NCBI GenBank assembly: GCA_015657735.1
Contig: SSSX01000392.1
Location: forward strand, 1-58,231
From: Zoogloeaceae bacterium
GTDB lineage: Bacteria; Pseudomonadota; Gammaproteobacteria; Burkholderiales; Rhodocyclaceae
Direction of reading: 5' to 3'
Length of the DNA stretch: 58,231 nucleotides
The notes beneath the pieces are model-generated. The model ran no database searches and was not told the origin of the DNA. It worked only from the letters and a program-made list of their open reading frames with translations. The position numbers were made by a program, and so were the translations under genes. Below are positions 25,279-34,791 of the stretch, in pieces (position 1 is the first letter of the stretch; every line of letters starts with the position of its first letter).

Positions 25279-28200
25279 CCAGTTTCTCCCTCTGCCACGA
25301 CGGCAGCTTGCGCGGCGGGCAGTGCTTCGCCCACCGGCAGATCGACGATGAATTCCGCCCCGCCGGCGGCATTGTTGCGGGCCACGATACGCCCTTGATG
25401 AGCCTCGACGATCTCGCGGCAGATCGCCAGCCCAAGGCCCGTCCCGCCTGCGCCGGTACGCGTGCGGGAACTCTGCACGAACTTGTCGAACACCGCATCG
25501 AACTCGTCCGGCGGAATACCGACGCCCTCGTCCGACACGCCGAGCGACACCGCCGGGCGACCGTCAGGCAGGCTGCCCGCGGCAAGGTGGACGTGGATCG
25601 TCCGCCCGTCGGGCGTGAACTTGACCGCATTGGAAAGGAGGTTGCGCACCACCTGACCGATCCGCGCCGCATCGCCGATGCTGGCCGGCAGCGGGCCGTC
25701 GTCCTGCAGGTCGATGTGCAGCCGGCGCGTGTGCACGATCAGGTCGAACTCGCCGATCACATCGTGCACGACCACGTCGAGCTGCAGCGGCCCGAGATTG
25801 AGAACCATCTGTCCGGACTCGAGCTTGGACAGGTCGAGCAGATCGTTCACCAGCAGCATCAGGCGGTCGCCGCTGACCCGGATGCGGCTGAAGTAGCTGC
25901 GCAGCTTCTCGTGCCCGGTGGTGGCGACGCGCGATTCGCCGAGGCGCGCGTAGCTGAGGATGCCGTGCATCGGCGTACGCAGTTCGTGGGACATGTTGGC
26001 GAGGAACGCCGACTTGGCCTCGTTGGCCGCCTCCGCCGCCTCCTTGGCGGCACACAGATCCTTGGTGCGTTCGGCCACCATCGTCGCCAGATTCAGGTTG
26101 TGATCGAGAATCTGCGCCTCCCGCGCCTTGACGTCGTCGATGTCCGAGGTGGTGCCGATCATGCGCAGCGGACGCCCCTCGGCGTCGCGCTCGACGACCA
26201 GCCCGCGCGCCAGGATCCACTTGTAGTGGCCGTCCTTGCAGCGCACCCGCGCCTCGTGCGAGAACGACGGCGACTCGCCGCGCAGATGGGCTTCCTCGAT
26301 GGCCCGCACGACCGGCAGATCGTCCGGGTGGACGCGCGACAACCATTCGTCCAGCTGCTCGTCCATCTCGCCCGGCTGGTAGCCCAGCATCGTGTGCCAG
26401 CGCTGCGAGCGGAACACCTTGCCGGCCGGAATGTTCCAGTCCCACACCCCGTCGCCGGCGCCGTCGAGGGCGAACTGCCAGCGCGCCTCGCTCTCCCGCA
26501 GCGCCAGTTCGGTTTCCTTCAGTTCGGTCATGTCGCGGATCACCACCAGCGTGCCGCCGGTGCGCACCGCGCGCAGGCGCGCCTCGAAGTGACGCACGCG
26601 CCCGCCGCGCGCCGACGAATACTCGATGCGCTGCACCTGCCCGCTGCGCACCGCCGCCAGCGCCGCGTTGCCGAAGTTGCGCGCCATGCCGGGCGACAGC
26701 ACGTCGTCGATGCGCCTGCCGAGGAAGTCGTCCGGCGCCATCGACAGATCCATCCGGTCGGCGTGGTGGCGGACGATGCGCAGCTCGCCGTCCAGCTGGA
26801 AGAGCATGTCGGGCATCGCGGCGATCAGCGACTCGTTGGTCGCGTTGGCCTCCTGGATCGCCCGCTGCTCGAGCTTGCGCACCGTCACGTCCTCGACGAT
26901 GACCCAGCGGTGGGCGCCGTCGCTGCCGCCGACGGCGGTGGTCGTCACGACCACCGGCACCCGCCGCCCGTCCTTGCGGATGTATTCCTTCTCGTACGAC
27001 TGGGCGCGGGCGCCCAGGCACGCATCGACGACGGCCTTGGTATCCCGCGCCGCGTATTCGGACGGCGTCAGCACCAGACGCTCGTCGCTGCACAACTCGG
27101 CCTCGGTGTAGCCGACGATCCGGCAGAACTCCGAGTTGGCCTGCAGGTAGCGGCCCTTCCCATCCACCAGCGCCATGCCCAGCGAGGCATGGCGGTACAG
27201 CGCGTCGAGCCGGGCGTGGGAGTCGATCACCTCCTGCTGGGCGCGCCGCAGTCCGGTCACGTCGCCGGCCGCGCCGGCCGTGCGGAGGGGTCGCCCGGCG
27301 GCATCGAATTCGGTCTGCCCGGCCAGATGGAACCAGCCGACGCTGCCGTCGGCACGACCGATAGGCAGCACGCAGTCGAGGGCGCCCTGGCCGTGCAGGT
27401 GACGGCGCAGCGCCAGCATGAAGGCGTGCCGCGCCGGCGCGGTGAGCAGGCGCAGAATGCCGCGTCCGCTGCGCGGCAGGCCGCCGTCCGGATAACCGAG
27501 CAGGCGGTCGCAGCGCGGCGACAGGAACAGCCAGCGCCGTCCGGCCTGCCATTCCCAGATGCCGTCCTCGGTCGCCGACACCGCCAGCTCGAAGCGCTTC
27601 TCGCTCAGGCGGTACTCCCCGGTCATGATCTCGGCGATCCGCTGGGCCCGCCGCTGCTGGCCCGACAGGCTGGCCAGCAGGAAAGCCACCAGCGCGCTGC
27701 CGGCCAGCCCGCCGACGCCGGCCAGCGTCGACGCCGCCAGCGTCCGCGCCGGCGCCGGCGCCAGCAGCGACAGCCGCCACACCCGACCGCCGAAGCGGAA
27801 CTCGCGCAGCACGACGCGCTCCGGCAGCACCGTCCCGTCGCCCGAGTTGTAAACCCGCCGCGACGCCGGCCCGGTGATGTCCTCGACGATCAGTTCGTGG
27901 CCCGGCGCCACCGACTGGCGCAGGTCGTCGAACAGGCGGGCGACGTCGATGCCCAGCGCCACCAGACTGTCCTGCACGGCCATCGGGCTCGAATCGTCCA
28001 GCGATCGCGCGACCCGGTAGAGCAGCACGCCGTTCACGTTCTGCCTGGCTTCGAGCATCCGCAGCGGCAGCAGCTCGGTCATCGCCATCTCGCCGGTTGC
28101 GAGTGCCGCGTCGATGGCCTGGCGGCGCAGCGGAATCACATAGCCGTCGTAGCCGAGCGCCTTGAGCGCCTGCTCATCCGTCGGCCAGATGTAGACGATC

Positions 28201-28676
28201 GGAAAGGCGACGTCCGAACGCGCCGGATCAAGTGCCGGCTGGATGCGGATGTCGCGGTCGTAGGCCGCCGACAGCAGCGCCTCGATGGCGGCGAAGCGGT
28301 TCGTCTCGACGCGCCGCAGCAGCGCGATGCCGATGACTTCGGGCAGCGCCCCGGACAGCTTCAGGCCGTCGACGTAGCTTTCGAACTCGCGCCGTTCGAC
28401 CATCGCCTGCACCGAAAACAGCCCGGTGACGCCCCGCAGGATGAAGTCCACCTTGCCGAGGCGCTCGTTGAGCTGGTGCTGCAGGCGGTCGGCGGCGGCT
28501 TCGTGGTAGGCCCGCTCCAGGTCGCGCTCGCGGTCGCGCAGGTGGCTCCAGCCCAGCGCCGTGACCAGGATGCCCAGCACCAGGGCCGCAAAGAACCACC
28601 GCCCTTCGACATCCGGCAGGCGGCCGGAACGCCGAAGGGCGCCAATCTTTGAAAAGGGAGCGGTGCTCGGGTCCAT
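25275..28676 (-). CDS. Sensor histidine kinase: TM-CHASE-TM, multiple PAS domains, HisKA-HATPase (start uncertain)
   Basis: CHASE-like PIVYIWP...ALGYD; PAS repeats DGIWEW and DGVWDW; FLANMSHELRTP, NLLSNAVKFT, GGTGLGLAIC. Confidence 0.88.
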   Translation of the reverse strand: MDPSTAPFSKIGALRRSGRLPDVEGRWFFAALVLGILVTALGWSHLRDRERDLERAYHEAAADRLQHQLNERLGKVDFILRGVTGLFSVQAMVERREFESYVDGLKLSGALPEVIGIALLRRVETNRFAAIEALLSAAYDRDIRIQPALDPARSDVAFPIVYIWPTDEQALKALGYDGYVIPLRRQAIDAALATGEMAMTELLPLRMLEARQNVNGVLLYRVARSLDDSSPMAVQDSLVALGIDVARLFDDLRQSVAPGHELIVEDITGPASRRVYNSGDGTVLPERVVLREFRFGGRVWRLSLLAPAPARTLAASTLAGVGGLAGSALVAFLLASLSGQQRRAQRIAEIMTGEYRLSEKRFELAVSATEDGIWEWQAGRRWLFLSPRCDRLLGYPDGGLPRSGRGILRLLTAPARHAFMLALRRHLHGQGALDCVLPIGRADGSVGWFHLAGQTEFDAAGRPLRTAGAAGDVTGLRRAQQEVIDSHARLDALYRHASLGMALVDGKGRYLQANSEFCRIVGYTEAELCSDERLVLTPSEYAARDTKAVVDACLGARAQSYEKEYIRKDGRRVPVVVTTTAVGGSDGAHRWVIVEDVTVRKLEQRAIQEANATNESLIAAMPDMLFQLDGELRIVRHHADRMDLSMAPDDFLGRRIDDVLSPGMARNFGNAALAAVRSGQVQRIEYSSARGGRVRHFEARLRAVRTGGTLVVIRDMTELKETELALRESEARWQFALDGAGDGVWDWNIPAGKVFRSQRWHTMLGYQPGEMDEQLDEWLSRVHPDDLPVVRAIEEAHLRGESPSFSHEARVRCKDGHYKWILARGLVVERDAEGRPLRMIGTTSDIDDVKAREAQILDHNLNLATMVAERTKDLCAAKEAAEAANEAKSAFLANMSHELRTPMHGILSYARLGESRVATTGHEKLRSYFSRIRVSGDRLMLLVNDLLDLSKLESGQMVLNLGPLQLDVVVHDVIGEFDLIVHTRRLHIDLQDDGPLPASIGDAARIGQVVRNLLSNAVKFTPDGRTIHVHLAAGSLPDGRPAVSLGVSDEGVGIPPDEFDAVFDKFVQSSRTRTGAGGTGLGLAICREIVEAHQGRIVARNNAAGGAEFIVDLPVGEALPAAQAAVVAEGETG

Positions 28677-28744
28677 CTTCCGCGTGAACGGCCCCGGGCC
28701 ACAAAGCTTGAGGGCCCGCCCCAAGCTCCGTGATCAGAATGAAA

Positions 28745-28969
28745 TCAGGCGCAGCCTGGGCCGTCCTTGACGCCGAACCGGCGCAGGATGTTCTCGAGCG
28801 GACAGAAGCGGGTGAAACCGCTCTGGAACAGGTTGGCGCCGACGAAAGCGGTGAACCACAAGAACTTTGCGCTGACGAACAGCGGGCTGCCGTCGACGCC
28901 GAGGGCCAGTGAAATCAGCACGAAAGCGCCGGCAAAAATACGGACGCACTGGTTGATGGTCAGACTCAT
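28745..28969 (-). CDS. DUF2892 (YgaP-like) small membrane protein
   Basis: VRIFAGAFVL...FVGANLFQSGFTRFCPLENIL; 74 aa; ATGA overlap with the RND stop. Confidence 0.8.
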   Translation of the reverse strand: MSLTINQCVRIFAGAFVLISLALGVDGSPLFVSAKFLWFTAFVGANLFQSGFTRFCPLENILRRFGVKDGPGCA

Positions 28970-31900
28970 GACGTTTCTCCTTCGGCACGGGCACGGCGGC
29001 GATGCGTCGCCGCGTAATACAGGACGGGAATGACCACCAGCGTCAGCAGCGTCGACACCAGCACGCCGAACACCAGGCTGATCGCCAGCCCGTTGAAGAT
29101 CGGGTCGTCGAGGATGAACAGCGCGCCGATCATCGCCGCCAGCCCGGTCAGGCCGATCGGCTTGGCGCGCACCGCGGCGGCGTGGATCGTGGCCTCGGCG
29201 AAGGACGTGCCGGCCGCCACCTGCTGGTCGATGAAATCCACCAGCAGGATCGAGTTGCGCACGATGATGCCGGCCAGCGCGATCATGCCGATCATGCTGG
29301 TGGCGGTGAACTGGCTCTGCAAAAGCGCATGGCCCGGCATCACGCCGATGATGGTCAGCGGAATCGGCGCCATGATGATCAGCGGCACCAGATAGCTCCT
29401 GAACTGCGCCACCACCAGCACGTAGATCAGCACCAGCCCCACCGCGTAGGCGGCGCCCATGTCGCGGAAGGTTTCGTAGGTGATCTGCCATTCGCCGTCC
29501 CACTTGACCGCGTAGGCGGCGAAGGGGTCGGCCGGTGCGCGGATGAACCACTCGTCGAGCGTGCCGGCGAGGCGCTCGCCGGCCAGCGGCAGGTCCTTCA
29601 CCCGGCTGCGGATGTCGAACATGCCGTACAGCGGCGAATCCAGCTTGCCGCCCATGTCGCCGGTCACGTACACCACCGGCAGCAGATCCTTGTGGTAGAT
29701 CACCTGCTCGCGCCGGGTCGGCTGCACCTGCACCAGTTCCGACACCGGCACCAGCGCCCCGCCGGCTTCCGGCAGACGCGCCCGCACCTTCATCTGCAGC
29801 AGCCGGTCGACCGACGACAGGCTTTCCGGCGGCAGCGTGAGGCGCACCGGAATCTCGTACTTGTTGTCGCCGCCGTGCACCGGCGTCACGTTCTCGCCGC
29901 CGAGGCCGAGGCGCACCACCTCGACAACATCTGCCTGGGCCACGCCGAGCCGGGCGGCCTTGGCCTGGTCGACGCGCAGCACCAGCTTGGGCGCTTCCTC
30001 GTCGACGGTGTCGTCCACCCCGACCACGTCGGCGGTGGCCTCGAAGGCCTGGCGCAGCCGGCCGGCCACCGCCACCTGACCGGCGTAGTCGGGGCCATAC
30101 ACCTCGGCGACGATCGGTGACAGCACCGGCGGGCCGGGCGGCACCTCGACGAGCTTGGCGTTGCCGCCGTGTTTCTTCGCGATGGCCGCCACCGCGTCGC
30201 GCACCGACACGGCGATCTCGTGGCTCTTGCGGCTGCGCCGGTGCTTGTCCACCAGATTCACCTGGATGTCGCCCATTTCGGGCAGCGCGCGCAGGTAATA
30301 CTGGCGCACCAGGCCATTGAAATTGATCGGCGCGGCGGTGCCGGCGTAGCTCTGGAAATCGGTCACCTCCGGCACCTGCGCCAGCTCGTCGCCGATCTCC
30401 CGCAGCACCTCGGCGGTGGCCTCGACCGGCGTGCCGACCGGCATGTCGAGCACCACCTGGAACTCGCTCTTGTTGTCGAAAGGCAGCATCTTCAGCACGA
30501 CGAGCTGCACCACCGCCAGCGACACCGACAGCGCGATCGCCAGCAGCACGCCGAGCCACAGTTTTGCCCGCGCCCGCGCACCGCCGCGCGCGTCGAGCAA
30601 GGGCGTCATCAGGCGCCGGAAGACGGCTTCGAGGCGCTGCGTCAGGCGGTCCGGGCCGTGATCGGCCGACGCGCCGTGGCCGCCGTCCTGCATCAGCCGG
30701 CCGGCCAGCCACGGCGTGACGACGAAGGCCACCGCCAGCGAGATGAACATCCCCATCGACGCGTTGATCGGGATCGGGCTCATGTACGGCCCCATCAGGC
30801 CGCTGACGAAGGCCATCGGCAACAGCGCCGCGATCACCGTGAAGGTGGCCAGGATGGTCGGCCCGCCGACCTCGTCGACCGCCTTCGGAATCAGCTGCCA
30901 CAGCGCCTTGTCCGGCTCCAGGCGGTGCCAGCGGTGGATGTTCTCGACGACCACGATGGCGTCGTCGACGAGGATGCCGATCGAGAAGATCAGCGCGAAC
31001 AGCGACACCCGGTTGAGCGTGAAGCCCCATGCCCACGACGCGAACAGGGTTGCCGCCAGCGTCAGCGTCACCGCCGCGCCGACGATCGCCGCCTCGCGCC
31101 GGCCCAGCGCGAAGAACACCAGCGCCACCACCGCCGAGGTGGCGAAGACCAGCTTGCCGATCAGCTTGTCGGCCTTCTCGGTGGCCGTCGCGCCGTAGTT
31201 GCGGGTCACCGTCACCCCGACGCCGTCGGGGACGATGCTGCCGCGCAGCTGGTCGAGGCGGCGGATCACCCCGTCGGCCACGTCGGCCGCGTTCTCGCCG
31301 GGCTTTTTGGAGACCGACAGGGTCACCGCCGGCAGACGCTCGCCGACCGCCCCGGCCGCCTCCGGCGCGCCCCGGCCGATGCCGTGCCAGACGTAGCGCG
31401 ACGGCTGATCCGGCCCGTCCACCACCGTCGCCACGTCGGCCATCGTCACCGGCCGGCCGCCCGACACGCCGACCACCAGCCGCCGCACATCGTCGGCGCT
31501 GGCGATGTAGGTGCCGGTCTGGACCAGCACCTCGCGGTTGCCGCCGACCAGCGTGCCGCTCGGCTGCGAGGCGTTGGCGAGCAGCAGCGCGCCTTTCAGA
31601 TCCTGCGGCGTGAGGCCGTAGGCGTTCATCCGGCCGGCGTCCATCAGCACCCGCAGCACATGGCCGGGGCCACCGATCGTGACCACGTCGCGGGTGCCCT
31701 TGACCCGCTTCAGCTCGACTTCCACCGCCCGCCCGACCTGTTGCAGCTCGAAGGCCGAGCGCGCCGGATCGCGCGTCCACAGCGTCAGCGCAACGATCGG
31801 CACATCGTCGATGCCCTTCGGCTTGATCAGCGGCTCGGCCACCCCCAGCTCGGGCGAAATCCAGTCGCGGTGGCTGTGGATGGTGTCGTACAAACGCACG

Positions 31901-32223
31901 ATGGCGTCCTGGTTCTTGACCCCCACCTTGAACTGCACGGTGATCACCGCCATACCCGGGCGCGACACGGAATACACGTGGTCCATGCCGGCGATGCGCG
32001 ACAGCACCTGCTCGGCCGGCCGCGCCACCAGCGCCTCGACGTCCTTCGCCGAGGCGCCGGGAAAGGCCACCATCACGTCGGCCATCGTCACGTCGATCTG
32101 CGGCTCCTCCTCCTTCGGCGTGACCAGCGTGGCGAACACGCCGAGGAGCAGCAGCACCACGGCCAGCAGGGGGGTGAGCGCGTTACGCTGGAACAGCGCC
32201 GCTATGCGTCCGGCAATGCCCAT
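28966..32223 (-). CDS. RND efflux transporter permease subunit
   Basis: 1085 aa; EEEPQIDV, GILVDDAIVVVENI, GIIVRNSILLVDF, RAKPIGLT. Confidence 0.92.
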   Translation of the reverse strand: MGIAGRIAALFQRNALTPLLAVVLLLLGVFATLVTPKEEEPQIDVTMADVMVAFPGASAKDVEALVARPAEQVLSRIAGMDHVYSVSRPGMAVITVQFKVGVKNQDAIVRLYDTIHSHRDWISPELGVAEPLIKPKGIDDVPIVALTLWTRDPARSAFELQQVGRAVEVELKRVKGTRDVVTIGGPGHVLRVLMDAGRMNAYGLTPQDLKGALLLANASQPSGTLVGGNREVLVQTGTYIASADDVRRLVVGVSGGRPVTMADVATVVDGPDQPSRYVWHGIGRGAPEAAGAVGERLPAVTLSVSKKPGENAADVADGVIRRLDQLRGSIVPDGVGVTVTRNYGATATEKADKLIGKLVFATSAVVALVFFALGRREAAIVGAAVTLTLAATLFASWAWGFTLNRVSLFALIFSIGILVDDAIVVVENIHRWHRLEPDKALWQLIPKAVDEVGGPTILATFTVIAALLPMAFVSGLMGPYMSPIPINASMGMFISLAVAFVVTPWLAGRLMQDGGHGASADHGPDRLTQRLEAVFRRLMTPLLDARGGARARAKLWLGVLLAIALSVSLAVVQLVVLKMLPFDNKSEFQVVLDMPVGTPVEATAEVLREIGDELAQVPEVTDFQSYAGTAAPINFNGLVRQYYLRALPEMGDIQVNLVDKHRRSRKSHEIAVSVRDAVAAIAKKHGGNAKLVEVPPGPPVLSPIVAEVYGPDYAGQVAVAGRLRQAFEATADVVGVDDTVDEEAPKLVLRVDQAKAARLGVAQADVVEVVRLGLGGENVTPVHGGDNKYEIPVRLTLPPESLSSVDRLLQMKVRARLPEAGGALVPVSELVQVQPTRREQVIYHKDLLPVVYVTGDMGGKLDSPLYGMFDIRSRVKDLPLAGERLAGTLDEWFIRAPADPFAAYAVKWDGEWQITYETFRDMGAAYAVGLVLIYVLVVAQFRSYLVPLIIMAPIPLTIIGVMPGHALLQSQFTATSMIGMIALAGIIVRNSILLVDFIDQQVAAGTSFAEATIHAAAVRAKPIGLTGLAAMIGALFILDDPIFNGLAISLVFGVLVSTLLTLVVIPVLYYAATHRRRARAEGETS

Positions 32224-32226
32224 GGT

Positions 32227-33309
32227 TCAGCGCGCCGAACGGACGAGGCCGGCACGCACCGGATCGAGGGCCACCGTCTCGCCCCCCGCCAGCCCGGCCA
32301 GCACCTCGACCGAACCATCCGCCAGCGGGCTGCCGACGCGCAGCTGGCGCAGGCTGAACCCGCCCTTGCCGTCGGCCACATAAACGCCGGTCAGCTCGCC
32401 GCGACGCAGGATCGCCGCCGCCGGCAGCGCCAGCCGCGGCGCCTCGCCGACCACGAAATGGACCCGCGCCGCCATGCCCGGCACCACGCCCGCCGCGTCG
32501 GCCGGCAAGTTCACGCGTACCCGCGCGGTGTGGGTGCGGGGGTCGGCCGACGGCAGCACGCTCACCGCCGCCGCGTCGAGCCAGCGCCCGCTCTCCGGAA
32601 ATTCGATGCGCGCCGTCAGCGCCGGGCTGCCCAGCTCGGCCAGTCTGGCCTGCGCCACGTCGGCCACCGCGCGCAGGCCGCCCGGCGCGTAGATCGTCAC
32701 CAGCGGCCGGCCCGGCTGGGCCATTTCGCCGGCTTCGGTGAGGCGCTGGGCGACGATGCCGTCGAGCGGCGCAGTAACCGTCGCGAACCCGCGCGACGCA
32801 TCGGCCTGCGCCCGCCCCGCCGCCGCGGCCTGATGCTGGGCGCTGGCGGCATCGAAGGCGGCCTGGGCCTGATCGACCGCCGCCGCGCTGACGAAATTGC
32901 GCGCGCGCAGGCTGCGCGTGCGTTCGAGGCTGGTCCGCGCCTCGACCAGCCGCGCCTGCGCCGCCGCCACGCCGGCTGTCGCCGCGGCCACCGCCTGATC
33001 GGCTTCGCGGGTGTCGATGCGCATCAGCAGATCGCCACGGCGTACCCGCGCGCCGGCATCGACGCGCACCTCGAGCACCCGGCCCTGCACCTGCGCGGCC
33101 ACCGTCGCCTGACGCACTGCCTCGATGGTGGCGTCAGTGGTGTAGGTCTGGGCGCGCGGCTGCACGCCGATGCGCACGGTCGGAATCCCGCTAGGCGCGT
33201 CGGCGCCCGCGGCGGCCGGCACGGCCAGCACGCAGCACGCCGCCAGCAGGCCGGCGGACAGCGACGGGGAAAAAGGCAGGAAACGGGAAACGGAAGGGCG
33301 TCGATTCAT
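32227..33309 (-). CDS. RND efflux periplasmic adaptor (membrane fusion protein)
   Basis: Signal-like N-terminus, VAAQVQGRV, helical hairpin, VTAPLDGIV, PGMAARV, VLAGLAGGETV. Confidence 0.88.
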   Translation of the reverse strand: MNRRPSVSRFLPFSPSLSAGLLAACCVLAVPAAAGADAPSGIPTVRIGVQPRAQTYTTDATIEAVRQATVAAQVQGRVLEVRVDAGARVRRGDLLMRIDTREADQAVAAATAGVAAAQARLVEARTSLERTRSLRARNFVSAAAVDQAQAAFDAASAQHQAAAAGRAQADASRGFATVTAPLDGIVAQRLTEAGEMAQPGRPLVTIYAPGGLRAVADVAQARLAELGSPALTARIEFPESGRWLDAAAVSVLPSADPRTHTARVRVNLPADAAGVVPGMAARVHFVVGEAPRLALPAAAILRRGELTGVYVADGKGGFSLRQLRVGSPLADGSVEVLAGLAGGETVALDPVRAGLVRSAR

Positions 33310-33343
33310 AATATAAGAATACACTTATATTGCAAATCGTCAA
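33310..33343 (-). promoter_or_regulatory. Sigma-70-like promoter overlapped by a palindromic operator
   Basis: Minus strand TTGACG-N16-TATTCT-N6-ATG; perfect inverted repeat AATATAAG-N6-CTTATATT at 33310-33331. Confidence 0.65.
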
Positions 33344-33377
33344 GGCGGCGGCCCGTCCCGCCGCCGGCCAGCGGCGC

Positions 33378-34220
33378 TCAGACCGCCATGCCGACGGCCG
33401 CCAGCCGGCGCACGATGCCCTCGACGCAGCGCCCGCCGTCGAGGAACACCAGATCGGGAAAAGCCAGCAGGCGGGCGATCGCGATGCCGCGACCGTGCGG
33501 TTCGACCGAGCGGGCCGGATTGAGATGAAGGTAGGGCGCCGGGTCGAAGCCCTCGCCCTGGTCGTGGATCAGGAAGCGCACCTCCCGCGGCCGGCACTCG
33601 ACGCGCAGGTAGGCAAAACGGTCGAGCTGCTCGGGCAGGTCGAGCAGCCGCTCGACTTCGTTGCGCCACACGCCGCCGTTCATCAGCTCGCCCTTGCGCG
33701 CGAAACCGAGGCCCAGGTTGCCGTGTTCGATGGCGTTCAGCATGAGTTCGGAAAGGGCGATCTGCACCACCTCCGCATCCGGGCACAGGCCGGCCACCAG
33801 CTGCGACAGGCCGGTCACATCCTCCAGCGTGCGGAACGGAAAATAGCCTCCCGCCGGCACGCTGATGCCCTTCGACGGCAGCGCCAGCGTCGCCAGCACC
33901 GCCTGCGGTTCGAGCGGCTTGACGAGGAAACCCGACACCGCGGCATGCAGGCCGGTTTCCACCGCCAGCAGATCCTCGGCCTCGAGCAGCAGCAGCACCG
34001 GCAGCCCGGCTTCGCGGAACGGCGTCAGCAGATCGAGCGCACCGCCCTGCGAACTGGCGTCGACGACGACCCGTTCCACATCCGGCCGACCGGCGACCAG
34101 ACGCACCCCGGCCTCGGCGGTGCGCACGCGCTCACATTCATAACCGGCCGGCGCCAGCCAAGCTTCGAGCTGTTCCGCCAACCGGGGATCGTCTCCCACC
34201 AGCCAGATGCGACAAGCCAT
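33378..34220 (-). CDS. Divergent REC + RsbW-like HATPase protein (paralogue of 24346-25278)
   Basis: Degenerate receiver (WLVGDD...VVVD...VKPL); LSELMLNAIEHGNLG, DQGEGFD, HGRGIAI. Confidence 0.75.
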   Translation of the reverse strand: MACRIWLVGDDPRLAEQLEAWLAPAGYECERVRTAEAGVRLVAGRPDVERVVVDASSQGGALDLLTPFREAGLPVLLLLEAEDLLAVETGLHAAVSGFLVKPLEPQAVLATLALPSKGISVPAGGYFPFRTLEDVTGLSQLVAGLCPDAEVVQIALSELMLNAIEHGNLGLGFARKGELMNGGVWRNEVERLLDLPEQLDRFAYLRVECRPREVRFLIHDQGEGFDPAPYLHLNPARSVEPHGRGIAIARLLAFPDLVFLDGGRCVEGIVRRLAAVGMAV

Positions 34221-34263
34221 CGAAACCCCGATCTCCCCTATCTCCAAGTCAGGCGCGGACCCT

Positions 34264-34629
34264 TCAGCCCCCCGCCGAATACCGCGCCATCGCGTGCACC
34301 ACGCCGGCGTCCTCGCCGACCGCCGCCGCCAGCTCGATCCGGCAGCCCGGATGGCGGGCCCGCGCCGCCTCGAGCAGCACCGGCACGTCGCGCTGCAGGT
34401 GGCCGCCCTGGGCCAGGAACAGCGGCACGATGCGCAGCCGCGTCGCCCCCGCCGCCGCCGCGGCGTCCACCGCCTCGGCGAGGCTCGGCGCCATCAACTC
34501 GAGAAAGGCGACGCTGACCGACGCCTCCGGGCGCAGCTTCTGCACCTCGGCCGCCACCCGCCGGGCGGGCAGCGCCCAGGCCGGATCGCGGGCTCCGTGG
34601 GCGAACAGCACGATTGCTTCCTGCGACAT
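34264..34629 (-). CDS. cbiX: CbiX/SirB-family chelatase, single-domain form
   Basis: LFAHGARDP, AFLELMAPSL, PLFLAQGGHLQRDVP; 121 aa. Confidence 0.82.
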   Translation of the reverse strand: MSQEAIVLFAHGARDPAWALPARRVAAEVQKLRPEASVSVAFLELMAPSLAEAVDAAAAAGATRLRIVPLFLAQGGHLQRDVPVLLEAARARHPGCRIELAAAVGEDAGVVHAMARYSAGG

Positions 34630-34791
34630 TCCGTCACCCTCCGCACGCCGGCAACCGGCAGCCGGACACCGGCCGGCCCTGCGGGGCAATGGTCCCGCAA
34701 CGCGCACTAAGTTAGTCTTTACAGGATGTTAAACCGACAGCCGCGCCGTTCATGATCAAATTCGCGTCCGCGCGTCCAACTTCCTGCCGCC

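Noticed and set aside
25266-28652. Very long opposite-strand or off-frame ORFs (e.g. 25266-28652 +, 30169-33528 +, 13541-15865 +, 47928-50075 -)
   Set aside because: Shadows of real genes in ~70% GC DNA. They lack family motifs and overlap well-supported CDSs.
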